Source: Spirochaetota bacterium
GTDB lineage: Bacteria > Spirochaetota > UBA4802 > UBA5550
NCBI GenBank assembly: GCA_963663865.1
Contig: OY760686.1
Coordinates: 1,376,001 to 1,440,000 of the forward strand
Direction: 5' to 3'
DNA: 64,000 bases
The notes below the pieces were generated by a model. It was not told where the DNA came from, made no database searches, and was given only the letters and a program-made list of their open reading frames with translations. The stretch's first letter is position 1. Each line of letters begins with the position of its first letter. Shown in pieces: positions 47,881 to 58,353 of the stretch. The position numbers and the translations under genes are program-made.

Positions 47881-47908
47881 TTGACAATTGGTAAATACAT
47901 ATTATAAT
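47881..47908 (+). promoter_or_regulatory. Sigma70 promoter for coaD-rny
   Basis: TTGACA-N16-TATAAT with both hexamers perfect. Confidence 0.75.
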
Positions 47909-47937
47909 AGTAGTTCTAGGAGTAGTTGGATTATAAT

Positions 47938-48426
47938 ATGCGAACAGGCATTTACCCGGGATCCTTTGATCCCGTGACTTATGGGCATCTTGATATCATT
48001 AAGAGATCAAGAAATATATGTGATAGATTAATTGTAGCGGTAGCCAGAAACAGCGAGAAAAGCTGTCTGTTTTCTTCGCAGGAACGGATGGAGCTGATTC
48101 AGGGCTGCTGTGGGGAATTCGGTGATTTCATAGAGGTTGTAGCTTTTGACGGATTGCTTGTTGAATATTGCAGAGAAAGGAAGGTTTCCTTCATAATCAG
48201 GGGTCTTCGCTCAGTGAGCGATTTTGAGTACGAGAACCCGATGGCTGCTGTAAACAGGAAGCTATCACCGGAAATAGAGACAGTTTTTTTGACTTCACGA
48301 GAAGAAACCTCCCTGATTTCCTCCCGCCTTGTCAGGGAGGTCGCAGGCTATCACAGTGATGTATCCGCCCTGGTCCCCCCGCTTGTCGCTGGTAAGATCC
48401 GGCAAAAATTTCCGCTGGGCCGCTGA
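47938..48426 (+). CDS. coaD: Phosphopantetheine adenylyltransferase
   Basis: IYPGSFDPVTYGHLDII, IRGLRSVSDFEYE, ISSRLVREVA. Confidence 0.97.
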   Translation: MRTGIYPGSFDPVTYGHLDIIKRSRNICDRLIVAVARNSEKSCLFSSQERMELIQGCCGEFGDFIEVVAFDGLLVEYCRERKVSFIIRGLRSVSDFEYENPMAAVNRKLSPEIETVFLTSREETSLISSRLVREVAGYHSDVSALVPPLVAGKIRQKFPLGR

Positions 48427-48518
48427 TTTCAAAGGCCCTGGGAAGAACTCCTGGTAAATATAAAAGAAGCATCCGATGCTGTTATGTCGCGGGTGTTTCG
48501 GGTTAAAGGGGGTTTGCC

Positions 48519-50048
48519 ATGCTGACGCTTATTTTAATAATCGCTCTCCCTGTTGCGGGTGTTCTCGGGTTTGCTGTAAGAGCCTATATAGGAAAAATCA
48601 AACTCAGCTCCGCAGAGGCCAGGTCCCACCGCATTCTACAGGATGCAGTAAAAGACGCTGAAAACAAAAGAAAAGAGCTTCTTATTGAGGCGAAAGACCA
48701 GCTTCTGAAAGAGAAAAACCTGTTTGAAAAGGAGATGCGCGAGAGACGTATAGAGCTGCAGACAACAGAAAAGAGACTTGTACAGAAGGAAGAGGGGCTT
48801 GAACAACGCTCTGATTCCCTTGAAAAAAGAGACAAACAGATTCAGTTAAAAGAGCAGGAGAACGCGGAAAGAGAGGACGAGCTCCGGAAAGAGTTCGAAA
48901 GACACTACAAAGAGCTTGAAAGGATTTCCGGAATGACAACTGAGGAGGCCAAGTCCCTTCTGCTGAAAAACCTGGAAAATGAGGTGAAGTTTGAGGCCAC
49001 AAAGCTCATTAACAAGATTGAGGATGAGGCCAAGAGGACTGCTGAAAAGAAGGCAAAGGAGATCATAATCACGGCCATACAGAGAAATGCTTCCGAGCAT
49101 ACCTCTGAGTGTACTGTGACAACCGTGTCTCTTCCTTCGGATGAGATGAAGGGCCGTATAATCGGACGAGAGGGGCGGAACATCAGAACTCTCGAGAACC
49201 TTACGGGTGTGGACATGATTATCGATGATACCCCTGAGGTTGTCGTTATTTCCGGTTTTGACCCTGTCAGAAGAGAAATCGCGAGGCAGTCACTCGAAAG
49301 GCTTATTCAAAACGGGCGCATCCATCCCGCCAGGATTGAAGAGGTCGTAAACAAGGTCACTGAGGAGATCGAGTCGGCGATGCTCGAAGAGGGCGAAAAG
49401 GCAGCCTATGAGCTGGGTATTCCAGGGCTTTCCAACGACGCGCTGTATCACATAGGAAAGCTTAAGTACAGGACAAGCTATGGCCAGAATGTTCTCGATC
49501 ACAGTAAGGATGTCGCTAATCTTGCAGGAATAATGGCGGGAGAGCTTGGTCTTGATGTGCATCTTGCCAAAAGAGCCGGCCTGCTTCACGATATAGGCAA
49601 AGGAAGTATTGTCGAGGGCGAGGGTGCTCATGCTCTCGTAGGGGCCGAGATGGCCAGGAAGTTTGGAGAATCAGACAAGTGCGTCAATGTAATCGCTTCG
49701 CACCACAACGACAAGGAACAGGAAAGCTTTGAGGCTGTGCTTGTTCAGGTCGCGGACGCGATATCGGCGTCAAGGCCGGGAGCAAGGAGAGAGTCTCTTG
49801 ACACATATCTCAAGCGTCTTGACAACCTTGAGAAGATTGCAGGAAGCTTTAAGGGAGTTGACAAATGCTACGCCATTCAGGCGGGCCGGGAGCTCAGGGT
49901 ACTTGTGGACAATTCCCTTGTCAACGATGACAGGGCGGAGACCATGGCCCGAGAGATAGCAACACGGATTGAGTCGGAACTCAAGTATCCAGGAATCGTA
50001 CGCGTAACGCTTATACGAGAGACCCGCATTGTTGATTACGCCAAGTAA
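48519..50048 (+). CDS. rny: Ribonuclease Y
   Basis: N-terminal TM, coiled coil, KH motif KGRIIGREGRNIR, HD motif LLHDIGK, ADAISASRPGARRE. Confidence 0.98.
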   Translation: MLTLILIIALPVAGVLGFAVRAYIGKIKLSSAEARSHRILQDAVKDAENKRKELLIEAKDQLLKEKNLFEKEMRERRIELQTTEKRLVQKEEGLEQRSDSLEKRDKQIQLKEQENAEREDELRKEFERHYKELERISGMTTEEAKSLLLKNLENEVKFEATKLINKIEDEAKRTAEKKAKEIIITAIQRNASEHTSECTVTTVSLPSDEMKGRIIGREGRNIRTLENLTGVDMIIDDTPEVVVISGFDPVRREIARQSLERLIQNGRIHPARIEEVVNKVTEEIESAMLEEGEKAAYELGIPGLSNDALYHIGKLKYRTSYGQNVLDHSKDVANLAGIMAGELGLDVHLAKRAGLLHDIGKGSIVEGEGAHALVGAEMARKFGESDKCVNVIASHHNDKEQESFEAVLVQVADAISASRPGARRESLDTYLKRLDNLEKIAGSFKGVDKCYAIQAGRELRVLVDNSLVNDDRAETMAREIATRIESELKYPGIVRVTLIRETRIVDYAK

Positions 50049-50064
50049 TAAGCAGAAAATATCA

Positions 50065-50093
50065 AATCCGGAGGGGCTCGGCCTCTCCGGATT
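50065..50093 (+). terminator. Stem-loop after rny
   Basis: AATCCGGAGGGGC-tcg-GCCTCTCCGGATT. Confidence 0.6.
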
Positions 50094-50116
50094 ATTTCAG
50101 TCATAATCAGGAAATA

Positions 50117-50896
50117 ATGATTAAAGAGTTTAAAATATTAGCGGTCGGCGATGTTGTCGGGCGCGCGGGGCGAGATATTCTCGCGTCAAAACTGCAGGGG
50201 CTTGTAGACGCCGGAAGAATCGACATGGTAGTAGTCAATGGCGAGAACGCGGCCGGCGGCTGGTCGATAACTCCGGAAATATATAGAGACTTTACCGGAC
50301 TTGGTATCCATGTAGTGACAATGGGAAACCATGTCTGGGACAACAAGGATGTTCTGTCCATAATTGATTCCGAAGAAAAGCTCGTTCGTCCGGCCAACCT
50401 TCCGCCGGGGGTGCCCGGAAAGGGCTTCTGCTTTCACAGCGTGAAGGGTACCAGTGTATGTGTTATCAATCTAATGGGACGCACCCACATGCAGCCGATT
50501 GACTGCCCGTTCAGGAAATTTGATTCTGTCTACGAAGAGGTCCGGGAAAGGGCTGATGTTATCGTCGTTGACTTTCACGCGGAGACTACCTCTGAGAAGA
50601 GGGCTTTCGGCTGGTATGTTGACGGGAGGGCGAACATAGTATTCGGGACGCATACTCATGTTCAGACTGCTGACGAGGAAATATTCCCCGGCGGGACTGG
50701 ATATATAACCGACCTCGGGATGACCGGAGCCTTCGATTCAGTTATCGGCATGGGCAAGGAAACCTCAATAAGGCGTTTCCTATACGGCACAAGAGAGAGG
50801 TTTGAGGCTGCGGCCGGCAACCCGAGAATTAACGGAGCCGTGTTCACTATTGGTGAAGACCGGAGAGTATCCGCAATTCGGAGGATCAACGAGTAG
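50117..50896 (+). CDS. ymdB: YmdB/TIGR00282 metallophosphoesterase
   Basis: GDVVG, NGENAAGG, MGNHVWD, RPAN, DFHAETTSEK, GTHTHVQTAD, TDLGMTG; follows rny. Confidence 0.94.
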   Translation: MIKEFKILAVGDVVGRAGRDILASKLQGLVDAGRIDMVVVNGENAAGGWSITPEIYRDFTGLGIHVVTMGNHVWDNKDVLSIIDSEEKLVRPANLPPGVPGKGFCFHSVKGTSVCVINLMGRTHMQPIDCPFRKFDSVYEEVRERADVIVVDFHAETTSEKRAFGWYVDGRANIVFGTHTHVQTADEEIFPGGTGYITDLGMTGAFDSVIGMGKETSIRRFLYGTRERFEAAAGNPRINGAVFTIGEDRRVSAIRRINE

Positions 50897-51911
50897 GCTG
50901 AACTGTAAGGCCAAAGTGCAGTTCAGGTTTTGTTACAGCAGAGGCCGATATTCTCACCTTGATTGAAAAGAAACTTTCCAGCCAGATTATATTTCCCCTT
51001 TTATAGCCGATGTACTCTACCGCTTCCGCTTCAGGCACTTTTATGTCGATGAAGCTGTCCCGAAAATTTTGCAGGATGAGGGCGTGAAGCCTGCGGCGTG
51101 CGAGACGCGATTTTACGAAAAAGCCGAATGAACAATGGTAGGGGCCGGCTATTATCGAGGATGTGTTATCCGCCTCAAGGGGATGAAGGCCTGTCCTGAT
51201 AACAGGGATGTCTGCTTCCGAAAATATCTCGTGCATATCGGCGCAGAGGTCGACGGCTTCATTCAGCTCAAGCGGAATATATTTGCCCGAAATGTGAAGC
51301 TTTTCAAGTTCTGTACCCCTGATAACGACAGTCGGATATATGCGGACCGCGTCCGGCTTAAGGGAGACTGCCTTTCGGGACGATTCAATGGATTTCTCAT
51401 GTGTATCGAGCGGCAGTCCGGGCATGAGCTGGATGACGGTTTTAAAACCGTATTGCCTGAGAAGGCCAATGGCGTTTACGGTGTCTGATGAGGTGTGGCC
51501 CCGATTGGCTGCGTTCAGGACATCGTCGTGGAATGATTGAGCTCCAAGTTCAACGGTCTCGACTCGGGAAGAACGAAGCAGTTCAAGTATATCGGGTGAT
51601 ATGCAGTCAGGTCTTGTTGAGAGCCTGATTGTATCGATCTCGCCTGAATCAAGGTAAGGACGGACAGCTTCGAGAAGCTGCTTCTGGCGTTCAATCGGGA
51701 GGGCGGTGAAGCTGCCTCCGAAGAAGGCGAGCTCTGTCCGTTCAACTGTAGCCGCCTTGAATGAGGTGTACCGTCTGATTGAAGACTCGACTGAGCTTCT
51801 GTCCCGCTCAGGACTGTATCCGCTCGATTTTATCTGATTGCAGAAGGCACACCTGTGAGGGCAGCCCTCGTGGGGGATAAATACAGGCACTGTTATCTGT
51901 TTTTTTGACAT
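50886..51911 (-). CDS. Radical SAM protein (Elp3/YhcC-like)
   Basis: PVFIPHEGCPHRCAFCNQ (CxxxCxxC), FFGGSFT, RLSTRPD, ELGAQS, RIYPTVV. Confidence 0.9.
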   Translation of the reverse strand: MSKKQITVPVFIPHEGCPHRCAFCNQIKSSGYSPERDRSSVESSIRRYTSFKAATVERTELAFFGGSFTALPIERQKQLLEAVRPYLDSGEIDTIRLSTRPDCISPDILELLRSSRVETVELGAQSFHDDVLNAANRGHTSSDTVNAIGLLRQYGFKTVIQLMPGLPLDTHEKSIESSRKAVSLKPDAVRIYPTVVIRGTELEKLHISGKYIPLELNEAVDLCADMHEIFSEADIPVIRTGLHPLEADNTSSIIAGPYHCSFGFFVKSRLARRRLHALILQNFRDSFIDIKVPEAEAVEYIGYKRGNIIWLESFFSIKVRISASAVTKPELHFGLTVQPTR

Positions 51912-51968
51912 AATACCTGAATAAAGATGACGCAGGATGTGTAAAGTTAAATATTGAACGAGGTGTTT

Positions 51969-52223
51969 ATGGATATTATAAAGGAAAAAATAATCAGTAA
52001 CATCTGTTACACTGAACTTGTTTATGCTCGGATAAACAGGAAGCTTAACCTGGATTTGTCAAATGAACAGATTGAGGAGTTTATTCGTGAAATTCTCGAA
52101 GGAACCCCGGTGAGTGATTATTCACGGGCTGGGAAGAACTATTATGTGTGCAATCATAACAGGCATGTCAGAATAACAATAAACTCGTCTACCTTCAGAA
52201 TTATAACCGCTGATAGAATTTAG
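51969..52223 (+). CDS. Small conserved protein (DUF3781-like)
   Basis: CYTELVYARINRKL, GKNYYV, ITINSSTFRIITADR; GAGG RBS. Confidence 0.75.
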   Translation: MDIIKEKIISNICYTELVYARINRKLNLDLSNEQIEEFIREILEGTPVSDYSRAGKNYYVCNHNRHVRITINSSTFRIITADRI

Positions 52224-52401
52224 AAGGATTTTTTAAAATTCCCTGAGAGAGACGGACGGTACGCGGATATAAGTTTTTCACTGAAATCCCAGGAACAAAA
52301 CTCTGTTGACAGCTGATTAAAAGAACAAATAGTAAACTCGTAACAGGAAACAAAACCAGTGCAGCTTATATTTTAAACCGAACTTCTGACAAAGGAAACT
52401 A

Positions 52402-52995
52402 ATGCCTTCACTATTAGTCCCAACATCATCTCACGAAACAGAATTCACTGAAAAGAAATCGAGATTTATCAGCCGGGCCTGCCGCATATCCGATGCCGCA
52501 GAGGCAAGAAGTATTGTCAGGAAGCTCAAGGAGGAGTTTCCTGATTCGAGACATGTCGTATGGGCATTTATATGCGGAAGGGAACGATCGGTATTCGGTT
52601 TCAGCGACGACGGCGAGCCGCACAATACTGCCGGCAGGCCTCTCTTCGAGGTCGTTAAGGGAAGCGCCTTTACTGATGTCCTTGTAGCTGTTATTCGGTA
52701 TTTCGGAGGCGTTAAGCTTGGGACTGGCGGCCTTGTGAGCGCGTACACAAGAGCCGGGCAGGAGGTACTCGCCGGGCTTCCTTCTGAAGAGCTCATTGAC
52801 AGAGTCCCGTTCTGTTTTCATGTTTCATATTCCCTGTATGAGGGGATCAGGCGCCTCGTCACGGAGTTTAATGGGGAGATTACAAACGAAGAGTTCGGGG
52901 GGGATGTGGCCGTAAGCTGTAGTATTCCCCGGGTTTCCTCAGAGGACTTTATCGTCTCTATAAAAGACAGGACAGGAGGCGCGGTCCTGCTCTAA
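52402..52995 (+). CDS. yigZ: YigZ/IMPACT family protein
   Basis: KKSRFI, SDDGEPHNTAG, RYFGGVKLGTGGLVSAY. Confidence 0.93.
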   Translation: MPSLLVPTSSHETEFTEKKSRFISRACRISDAAEARSIVRKLKEEFPDSRHVVWAFICGRERSVFGFSDDGEPHNTAGRPLFEVVKGSAFTDVLVAVIRYFGGVKLGTGGLVSAYTRAGQEVLAGLPSEELIDRVPFCFHVSYSLYEGIRRLVTEFNGEITNEEFGGDVAVSCSIPRVSSEDFIVSIKDRTGGAVLL

Positions 52996-53183
52996 AAGCC
53001 TTTTCAGTCAGGATAAGCCCCTATTCGTCCCTGCCGTTAGAGGCGCGGCGAAAAATCTGTTAGAAAATCTTATTGACTAAACCGCATAGCGTTTTTCACT
53101 TGTTAATGGCTTGTTTTATTGCGGGTTAATATCGACCCCTCGAAAAAAACGGCCTTAATGCGATTAATAAAGAGGTATTAACA

Positions 53184-53441
53184 ATGCCAACTTACGAGTA
53201 TAAATGCACTGAGTGCGGTCATGTTTTCAGCGCTTTTCAGTCAATGAACGATGAGCCTCTTGATGAGTGCGTAAAATGCGGCGCCAGAGCCAGGAAGGTT
53301 TTCGGAAACGCAGGTATTATATTCAAGGGGTCAGGTTTTTACGTGAATGACTACAAATCAGGCGGAAGCTCAACGTCAACGTCGGGCAAAAAAGAAGCCG
53401 CCTGTTCCGCGGGCTGTGAAAGCTGCTCAAGCGCCGGATGA
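53184..53441 (+). CDS. FmdB family zinc-ribbon protein
   Basis: MPTYEYKCTECG...CVKCG...GIIFKGSGFYVND. Confidence 0.92.
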   Translation: MPTYEYKCTECGHVFSAFQSMNDEPLDECVKCGARARKVFGNAGIIFKGSGFYVNDYKSGGSSTSTSGKKEAACSAGCESCSSAG

Positions 53442-55292
53442 TTAGCGCCTTTTTCTGGCCTTCTTCTGACGGTAGAGGGCCAGAAGGTAGTTTTCTATAG
53501 TTACGATTCCCCTTCCAGGAAGCTGTTCGTCCTTCAGCTTGCTTCCGGCTATTTTTTCTACATACTCTCTTATTGACTCAAGGCTCTCTGCCGCGTCAGG
53601 TTCGGCTATGAGGTATTCGATGTCAGCCATCAGTATTTCCTGGCTTTTTCTTGGATAGAGAACAGCACGTGAATTGTAAACAGGAATTACTATCTTGAGC
53701 CCTGATGACCGGAGCTCATTTATCAGTTTGTCAATTGTGTTCTGATTTTCTGGCGTAATGTCAATAAGCTCTGAAACAGGGAAAATCGGTGACTTTATGG
53801 AGAGTGCCGCCGCTCTAATGTCTTCAGTCTCCCGTGAGAATTTTACCTTTTTTGCGGGTGAGGAGTTCTTTTTTACGGGTATTTGTGTTTTTTTTCTTTT
53901 GCTGCCGAAAATAGATTTTAACGCATGAACAATCCGGGAAACAATACCTTCGGGCTGAGAGTCGATATCATCAAAGGAAATTGACATTTTTTCTTCAACA
54001 GCTCTCTTCCACTGTTCGTATTCATTTTTTAAGAGCCTGAGCTTTTGAATGTTGGCTCCTCCAATTAACGGTGAAGCTTTTTCAGGGGACTTTAAAAGTT
54101 CGCAGCCGGCGCCGTAAAGGATGGTGAGCTGATCAGCGCATTCCTCTTTTTCTCCCTGGGTTAACCTCGCTTCACCCGACATATCCCGTGAAACCTTTGT
54201 CATGAACAGATTGAAGCGCGCTACAAGCTTTTCTCCATCCATCAGATAGTGTACGCCGTCACCGTTAACATGCGGTACTATTTTTTTTGAGGGAGCTGTT
54301 TCCCTTGCCCATTTAGATATCATTTTGCGGTCAAGCTCAGGAAATATTTCGCTGAGATCATCGTCGCGGCATACGGCAAACTCCCTGATATATCGGGCGA
54401 TGTCGTCGCTTAAGGTTATCAGAGGGTCAATGATCTTTTCTACTTTGAGAATGCACTCTCTAAGAGAAGCGAAGTTTTTAATCTCTACTGCGTCTTTCTT
54501 GTCCAGAGAAGCGAATATTTCGTCAATGATTATGTTGAGAAGGTAGTCTACCTTGCTGTCCCTGTAGTCAGTGAAGGCCGTATTGAGAATCCCAAACTTT
54601 TTAAGACGCCTTTCAATGACCGAGTGGTGTTTCTGTATGATGCTTTGCAGCTCGTCGGTGTTAATGCGTTCCCTGACTGCTTCGTAATTCTGGCGGTGAA
54701 AGCAGTAGTCCTCGAAAACCTCGAAGAAATTTTTATCAAGGGAATAGTGTTTGTAGGTAAAAATATTCTTTCCAAGCTCGAGCTTAATCAGTCTCGATAT
54801 GTAAACCCTGTCAGGAGAGTTCTTTATGAGCTTGCTCAGATTGAAGAGCCTGAACTGTGAGAGAAGCGACAGAAGACTTTGTACAGACGATTCATCGTGT
54901 TCTGACTGAATTCGGCCATAGTCATCATTTGACATGCGCACAGTGAATTCAAGCTGCTTGTCAATGGAAAGCTTCCTGGTGGTAGAAGCGACATTGAATC
55001 TGAAGGACACAACCGTTCTGACCTGATCAGGATAGTTTTTCAGGAGCTGATCAACGAGATAGCTTATGTTCTTGTCCCTTGATGGAGAGACCGGCATTCT
55101 TATTTCACGCGAGTTCTTAATGCTCTCAAGTGTCGAGAGTGATGGCGAATTCCCTGATAAGTAATCTGACTGGGCACCATGAATCTCCTGAAGAATTTCA
55201 AGGATATGCGCCTCCCTGATCATATGAGAGTGAAGGAAGCCGAATCTTTCAGCCGGATTATTGTTGGGTTCAGTCATTTGAGGGTTCACCAT
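53442..55292 (-). CDS. Hypothetical cytoplasmic protein (616 aa, helical)
   Basis: Long uninterrupted ORF with no recognised motif. Confidence 0.75.
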   Translation of the reverse strand: MVNPQMTEPNNNPAERFGFLHSHMIREAHILEILQEIHGAQSDYLSGNSPSLSTLESIKNSREIRMPVSPSRDKNISYLVDQLLKNYPDQVRTVVSFRFNVASTTRKLSIDKQLEFTVRMSNDDYGRIQSEHDESSVQSLLSLLSQFRLFNLSKLIKNSPDRVYISRLIKLELGKNIFTYKHYSLDKNFFEVFEDYCFHRQNYEAVRERINTDELQSIIQKHHSVIERRLKKFGILNTAFTDYRDSKVDYLLNIIIDEIFASLDKKDAVEIKNFASLRECILKVEKIIDPLITLSDDIARYIREFAVCRDDDLSEIFPELDRKMISKWARETAPSKKIVPHVNGDGVHYLMDGEKLVARFNLFMTKVSRDMSGEARLTQGEKEECADQLTILYGAGCELLKSPEKASPLIGGANIQKLRLLKNEYEQWKRAVEEKMSISFDDIDSQPEGIVSRIVHALKSIFGSKRKKTQIPVKKNSSPAKKVKFSRETEDIRAAALSIKSPIFPVSELIDITPENQNTIDKLINELRSSGLKIVIPVYNSRAVLYPRKSQEILMADIEYLIAEPDAAESLESIREYVEKIAGSKLKDEQLPGRGIVTIENYLLALYRQKKARKRR

Positions 55293-55359
55293 CCGCTGCC
55301 GGTTTTCTATACGTTTTCAAAGGCAACATGAAAACGTTTTGAGAGCATTTGTCAATTCA

Positions 55360-56079
55360 TTATTGTCCGGCAGTTTTCGGTGCAGACCTTACCATGGGTA
55401 CAAAACGGACATATTCGATGTGTTCAGTAACATTTCCCCCGGGGGTTTTCGTTATTTTCACGAGCGATTGGACTTCAGTTCCTACTGGTGCAATGAGTAT
55501 GCCTCCAGATTTCAACTGTAGCATGAGCTCTTCAGGGACAACCGGAGGCGCGGCGGTAAGAATAATGACATCAAACGGACTGTGCTCTTTCCATCCGGCA
55601 TAGCCGTCTCCTGTCCTGAGGCGGATGTTTTTATAACCCTGCTTTTCGAGGTGTGAGCGGGCTGATGCGGCAAGCGAATCAAGTATCTCTATTGAGTAGA
55701 CTTCCCTTGCGAGAAGTGAAAGAACGGCAGCCTGATATCCGGAACCTGTTCCGATTTCAAGGACCTTTTCAGTTCCAGTCAGCTCGCACTCCTGCGTCAT
55801 CAGGGCGACTATATACGGCTGTGATATTGTCTGACCGTGTCCGATAGGCAGGGGCATGTCAGCGTAGGCATCCTCAGGCCTGTAGCCGGGGGCGAAGTCG
55901 TGCCTCGGGACAGCCCGCATGGCGGCAAGCACCCTGGAGTCAGATATGCCTCTCGCCTCAATCTGGGTTCTGACCATCCTGTCCCGGTACATTTCCAATG
56001 TTTGTTTTTTGCCTCCGCAGGAGAGAATTAGTGCGGGAAATAAAAGCAGGAGAATTGGATAAACGCTGCCTGATTTCAT
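55360..56079 (-). CDS. pcm: Protein-L-isoaspartate O-methyltransferase
   Basis: VPRHDF, PIGHGQTISQPYIVA, VLEIGTGSGYQAA, GDGYAGW, VRFVPM; N-terminal lipobox-like LILSC. Confidence 0.95.
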   Translation of the reverse strand: MKSGSVYPILLLLFPALILSCGGKKQTLEMYRDRMVRTQIEARGISDSRVLAAMRAVPRHDFAPGYRPEDAYADMPLPIGHGQTISQPYIVALMTQECELTGTEKVLEIGTGSGYQAAVLSLLAREVYSIEILDSLAASARSHLEKQGYKNIRLRTGDGYAGWKEHSPFDVIILTAAPPVVPEELMLQLKSGGILIAPVGTEVQSLVKITKTPGGNVTEHIEYVRFVPMVRSAPKTAGQ

Positions 56080-56140
56080 GCCGGAAATCCCCCTGACATT
56101 AATCTAACAGGGGAATCTCCGTAAATCAACTACAAAAATG

Positions 56141-56365
56141 TCAGGCGGCGAAGAGGTCAACCGACTTAATCTGGGATATCTTTATGCGGGTTTCGCCTTT
56201 CCCCTTTTCGGCAGAGATGAGCTCATCATCAATCAGGCTCCTGTTTTTAAGGAGTTCGACTTCTGTGCCGTCCTGAAGAACGACAACTATGTCGAGTCCT
56301 TTGATATTGATGTATTTCATTAACATTTCTTTAAAATCTCTTTCGGGTTTCCTGGCATTTTTCAT
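56141..56365 (-). CDS. Small hypothetical protein (74 aa)
   Basis: GGAGA RBS; beta-rich; preceded by sigma28-like TTAA-N16-CCCGATAA (56429-56402). Confidence 0.65.
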   Translation of the reverse strand: MKNARKPERDFKEMLMKYINIKGLDIVVVLQDGTEVELLKNRSLIDDELISAEKGKGETRIKISQIKSVDLFAA

Positions 56366-56879
56366 GTCCGTCTCCGGTAATAATATTATGTCACATTGAT
56401 ATTATCGGGAAAACCCGTTTTCTCATTAATCATTTTCATAGTGACTATATAAAAAATCAAAGAAATGGATGATGGATTATTTAGTTGACCGAAAAGCATA
56501 TTGGTTTACGAATATTAAAAAGCAAATCTTGTGAAACTAATTAATTTAGCAAAAATTGGTCAAATATTATAGGCTTTGTCGACATCAAAATATTTCCGTG
56601 CTAAAAATCACTTTATTACAGGGGGATTCCTGATTCTACGGAAAACAAAAGGGTTCAGGTAATTGTTCTATTTGTTTTCCAGGGCGGTATCAATGAGGTT
56701 ATGCTATGACTATTGCGTCTGCCTGAATATTGTGCTTAATTTGGCTGAAGAGATTGGATTATTGACTTATGAAAGGGATGGAAGCTATATCCCTGTGGTC
56801 ATAAGACTTTCTCAGGTCAGGAAGGCAAGGGCAGGCTTATAGTATGGTAAAAATATTATTATTTTGGAGGAGAATTTTT

Positions 56880-58277
56880 ATGAAAAAAGTTCTATCAGCT
56901 CTGGTTCTTTGTCTGTTGACGGTTTTTGCCGCCTGCGGCTCGGACGATGAGGGCAGCAAAAGTCCTAACAGGGATTACGGAATCGATGTCCAGGACATGG
57001 GATCAGTTTCGGACATCTCGAAGGTGAGCGCTGACAGCTCAGTGAACTTTACTGTTTCATTGGAGGTAGTAAGCATAGGGGAGGGAAGCTACAGGGTTTT
57101 TAACAAATCTACAGGTGTTGAGATCACAGAAGAAGCATCTCTCACAAAAGGAACTGTCATACAAATTGTTTCAACTCCTGCAGAGGGATATGCCCTTGAT
57201 CAGGCGTACGCTGCGGTTGCCGGTGGTATGTTTGGCCCTTCCTACGAGCATACATCAACTGAATTGACTTACGAGTTTCCGCTTTTTAACAATGTCATAG
57301 TCGGCGCGGCCTTTATTCAGGAAGCCGACAGGGCAGGTTATGAAATCTATCCTAATATAAAATATGGAGAGACTGCTGAAAAGCACCTTGTGTACGATGT
57401 GTATGTTCCCACAGATGTTGAAGAGGACGAGTATCTGCCGGTTGTCTTTATCATTCATGGCGGGGGATGGACTTCCGGAGATCCGAGTGTTCTAATTCAA
57501 CAGGCCAGGGATATTACTAAGACAGGAAACTACGTTGTATGTCTCCCGAACTATAGATTTATCGGAAACTCAGACGGCGGTTCTTCAAACTATGATGTTA
57601 CACATCAGATTGAAGACTGTATGGGAGCCATGGCGCATTTTATGAACCTCAATCCCGACAAATATCATGCTGACACGACTCGTTTCTGCCTTACCGGGGA
57701 CAGCGCTGGCGGTCATCTGTCGGCTGCTCTTGCTACGATATTTGACAATATTGGAACAGGGGGATTTAACGGAACAAGCTTTGAGCTCTGGCCAACCGGC
57801 CTCGCGCAAGGCGATGTTGCATCCTTTAAGGAACAGTACATCGCGGGAATTAAAGCGATGGCGCCGAGCTACGGAATCTTTGACCTTTCCTCAACCGCTC
57901 TGGTCAATCTTGGTTTTGATTACTTCTCAAAAAATACGGCCGACGATTCAGATGAGGATGTGAAAGATTTGATGCTTCAAAAGGTATCGCCTGAGTATCT
58001 GATTCAGAGTGTCTCTGTCAAGGTGCCCTGCTGGCAATCCAAGGGCTCGGTGGATATGCTGATAAACCTTGAATCAGTTCAGAGGTTCAAAGCATCTCTG
58101 AAAGCCGCGGGCTGGGCTGATGCGGACAACCAGTATTATGAGATGGAAGGAGCCAATCATGCTTTCTATGACTGGAAGCCGAACGCTACAACCCAGGCTA
58201 CGTACGGCCTATACGGCAAGCCCGGGATGGTAAAGATGATAGAATTCTTCGATAAATACTGCTACACGCAGGAGTAG
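56880..58277 (+). CDS. Alpha/beta hydrolase (HSL/family IV esterase-like) lipoprotein
   Basis: Lipobox FAAC; IHGGGW oxyanion motif; GDSAGG nucleophile; EGANHAF catalytic His. Confidence 0.88.
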   Translation: MKKVLSALVLCLLTVFAACGSDDEGSKSPNRDYGIDVQDMGSVSDISKVSADSSVNFTVSLEVVSIGEGSYRVFNKSTGVEITEEASLTKGTVIQIVSTPAEGYALDQAYAAVAGGMFGPSYEHTSTELTYEFPLFNNVIVGAAFIQEADRAGYEIYPNIKYGETAEKHLVYDVYVPTDVEEDEYLPVVFIIHGGGWTSGDPSVLIQQARDITKTGNYVVCLPNYRFIGNSDGGSSNYDVTHQIEDCMGAMAHFMNLNPDKYHADTTRFCLTGDSAGGHLSAALATIFDNIGTGGFNGTSFELWPTGLAQGDVASFKEQYIAGIKAMAPSYGIFDLSSTALVNLGFDYFSKNTADDSDEDVKDLMLQKVSPEYLIQSVSVKVPCWQSKGSVDMLINLESVQRFKASLKAAGWADADNQYYEMEGANHAFYDWKPNATTQATYGLYGKPGMVKMIEFFDKYCYTQE

Positions 58278-58286
58278 GGTTATAAG

Positions 58287-58338
58287 CCGCGCTGTCAATA
58301 CGGGAGCCAGGGTTGAGGCTTCCCTGTTGACAGTGCGG
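58287..58338. terminator. Long imperfect hairpin between convergent genes
   Basis: CCGCGCTGTCAA...GGGAGCC / GGCTTCCC...TTGACAGTGCGG. Confidence 0.65.
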
Positions 58339-58353
58339 TTCCTGTTTCTGACT

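Noticed and set aside
47048-47900. ORFs with repeated peptides (PPAAGNVPRFAFG etc.)
   Set aside because: They are translations of the repeat array; 61-bp units shift the frame repeatedly.
48427-48518. 6S RNA upstream of rny
   Set aside because: The gap is only 92 bp and there is no zapA upstream; too short.
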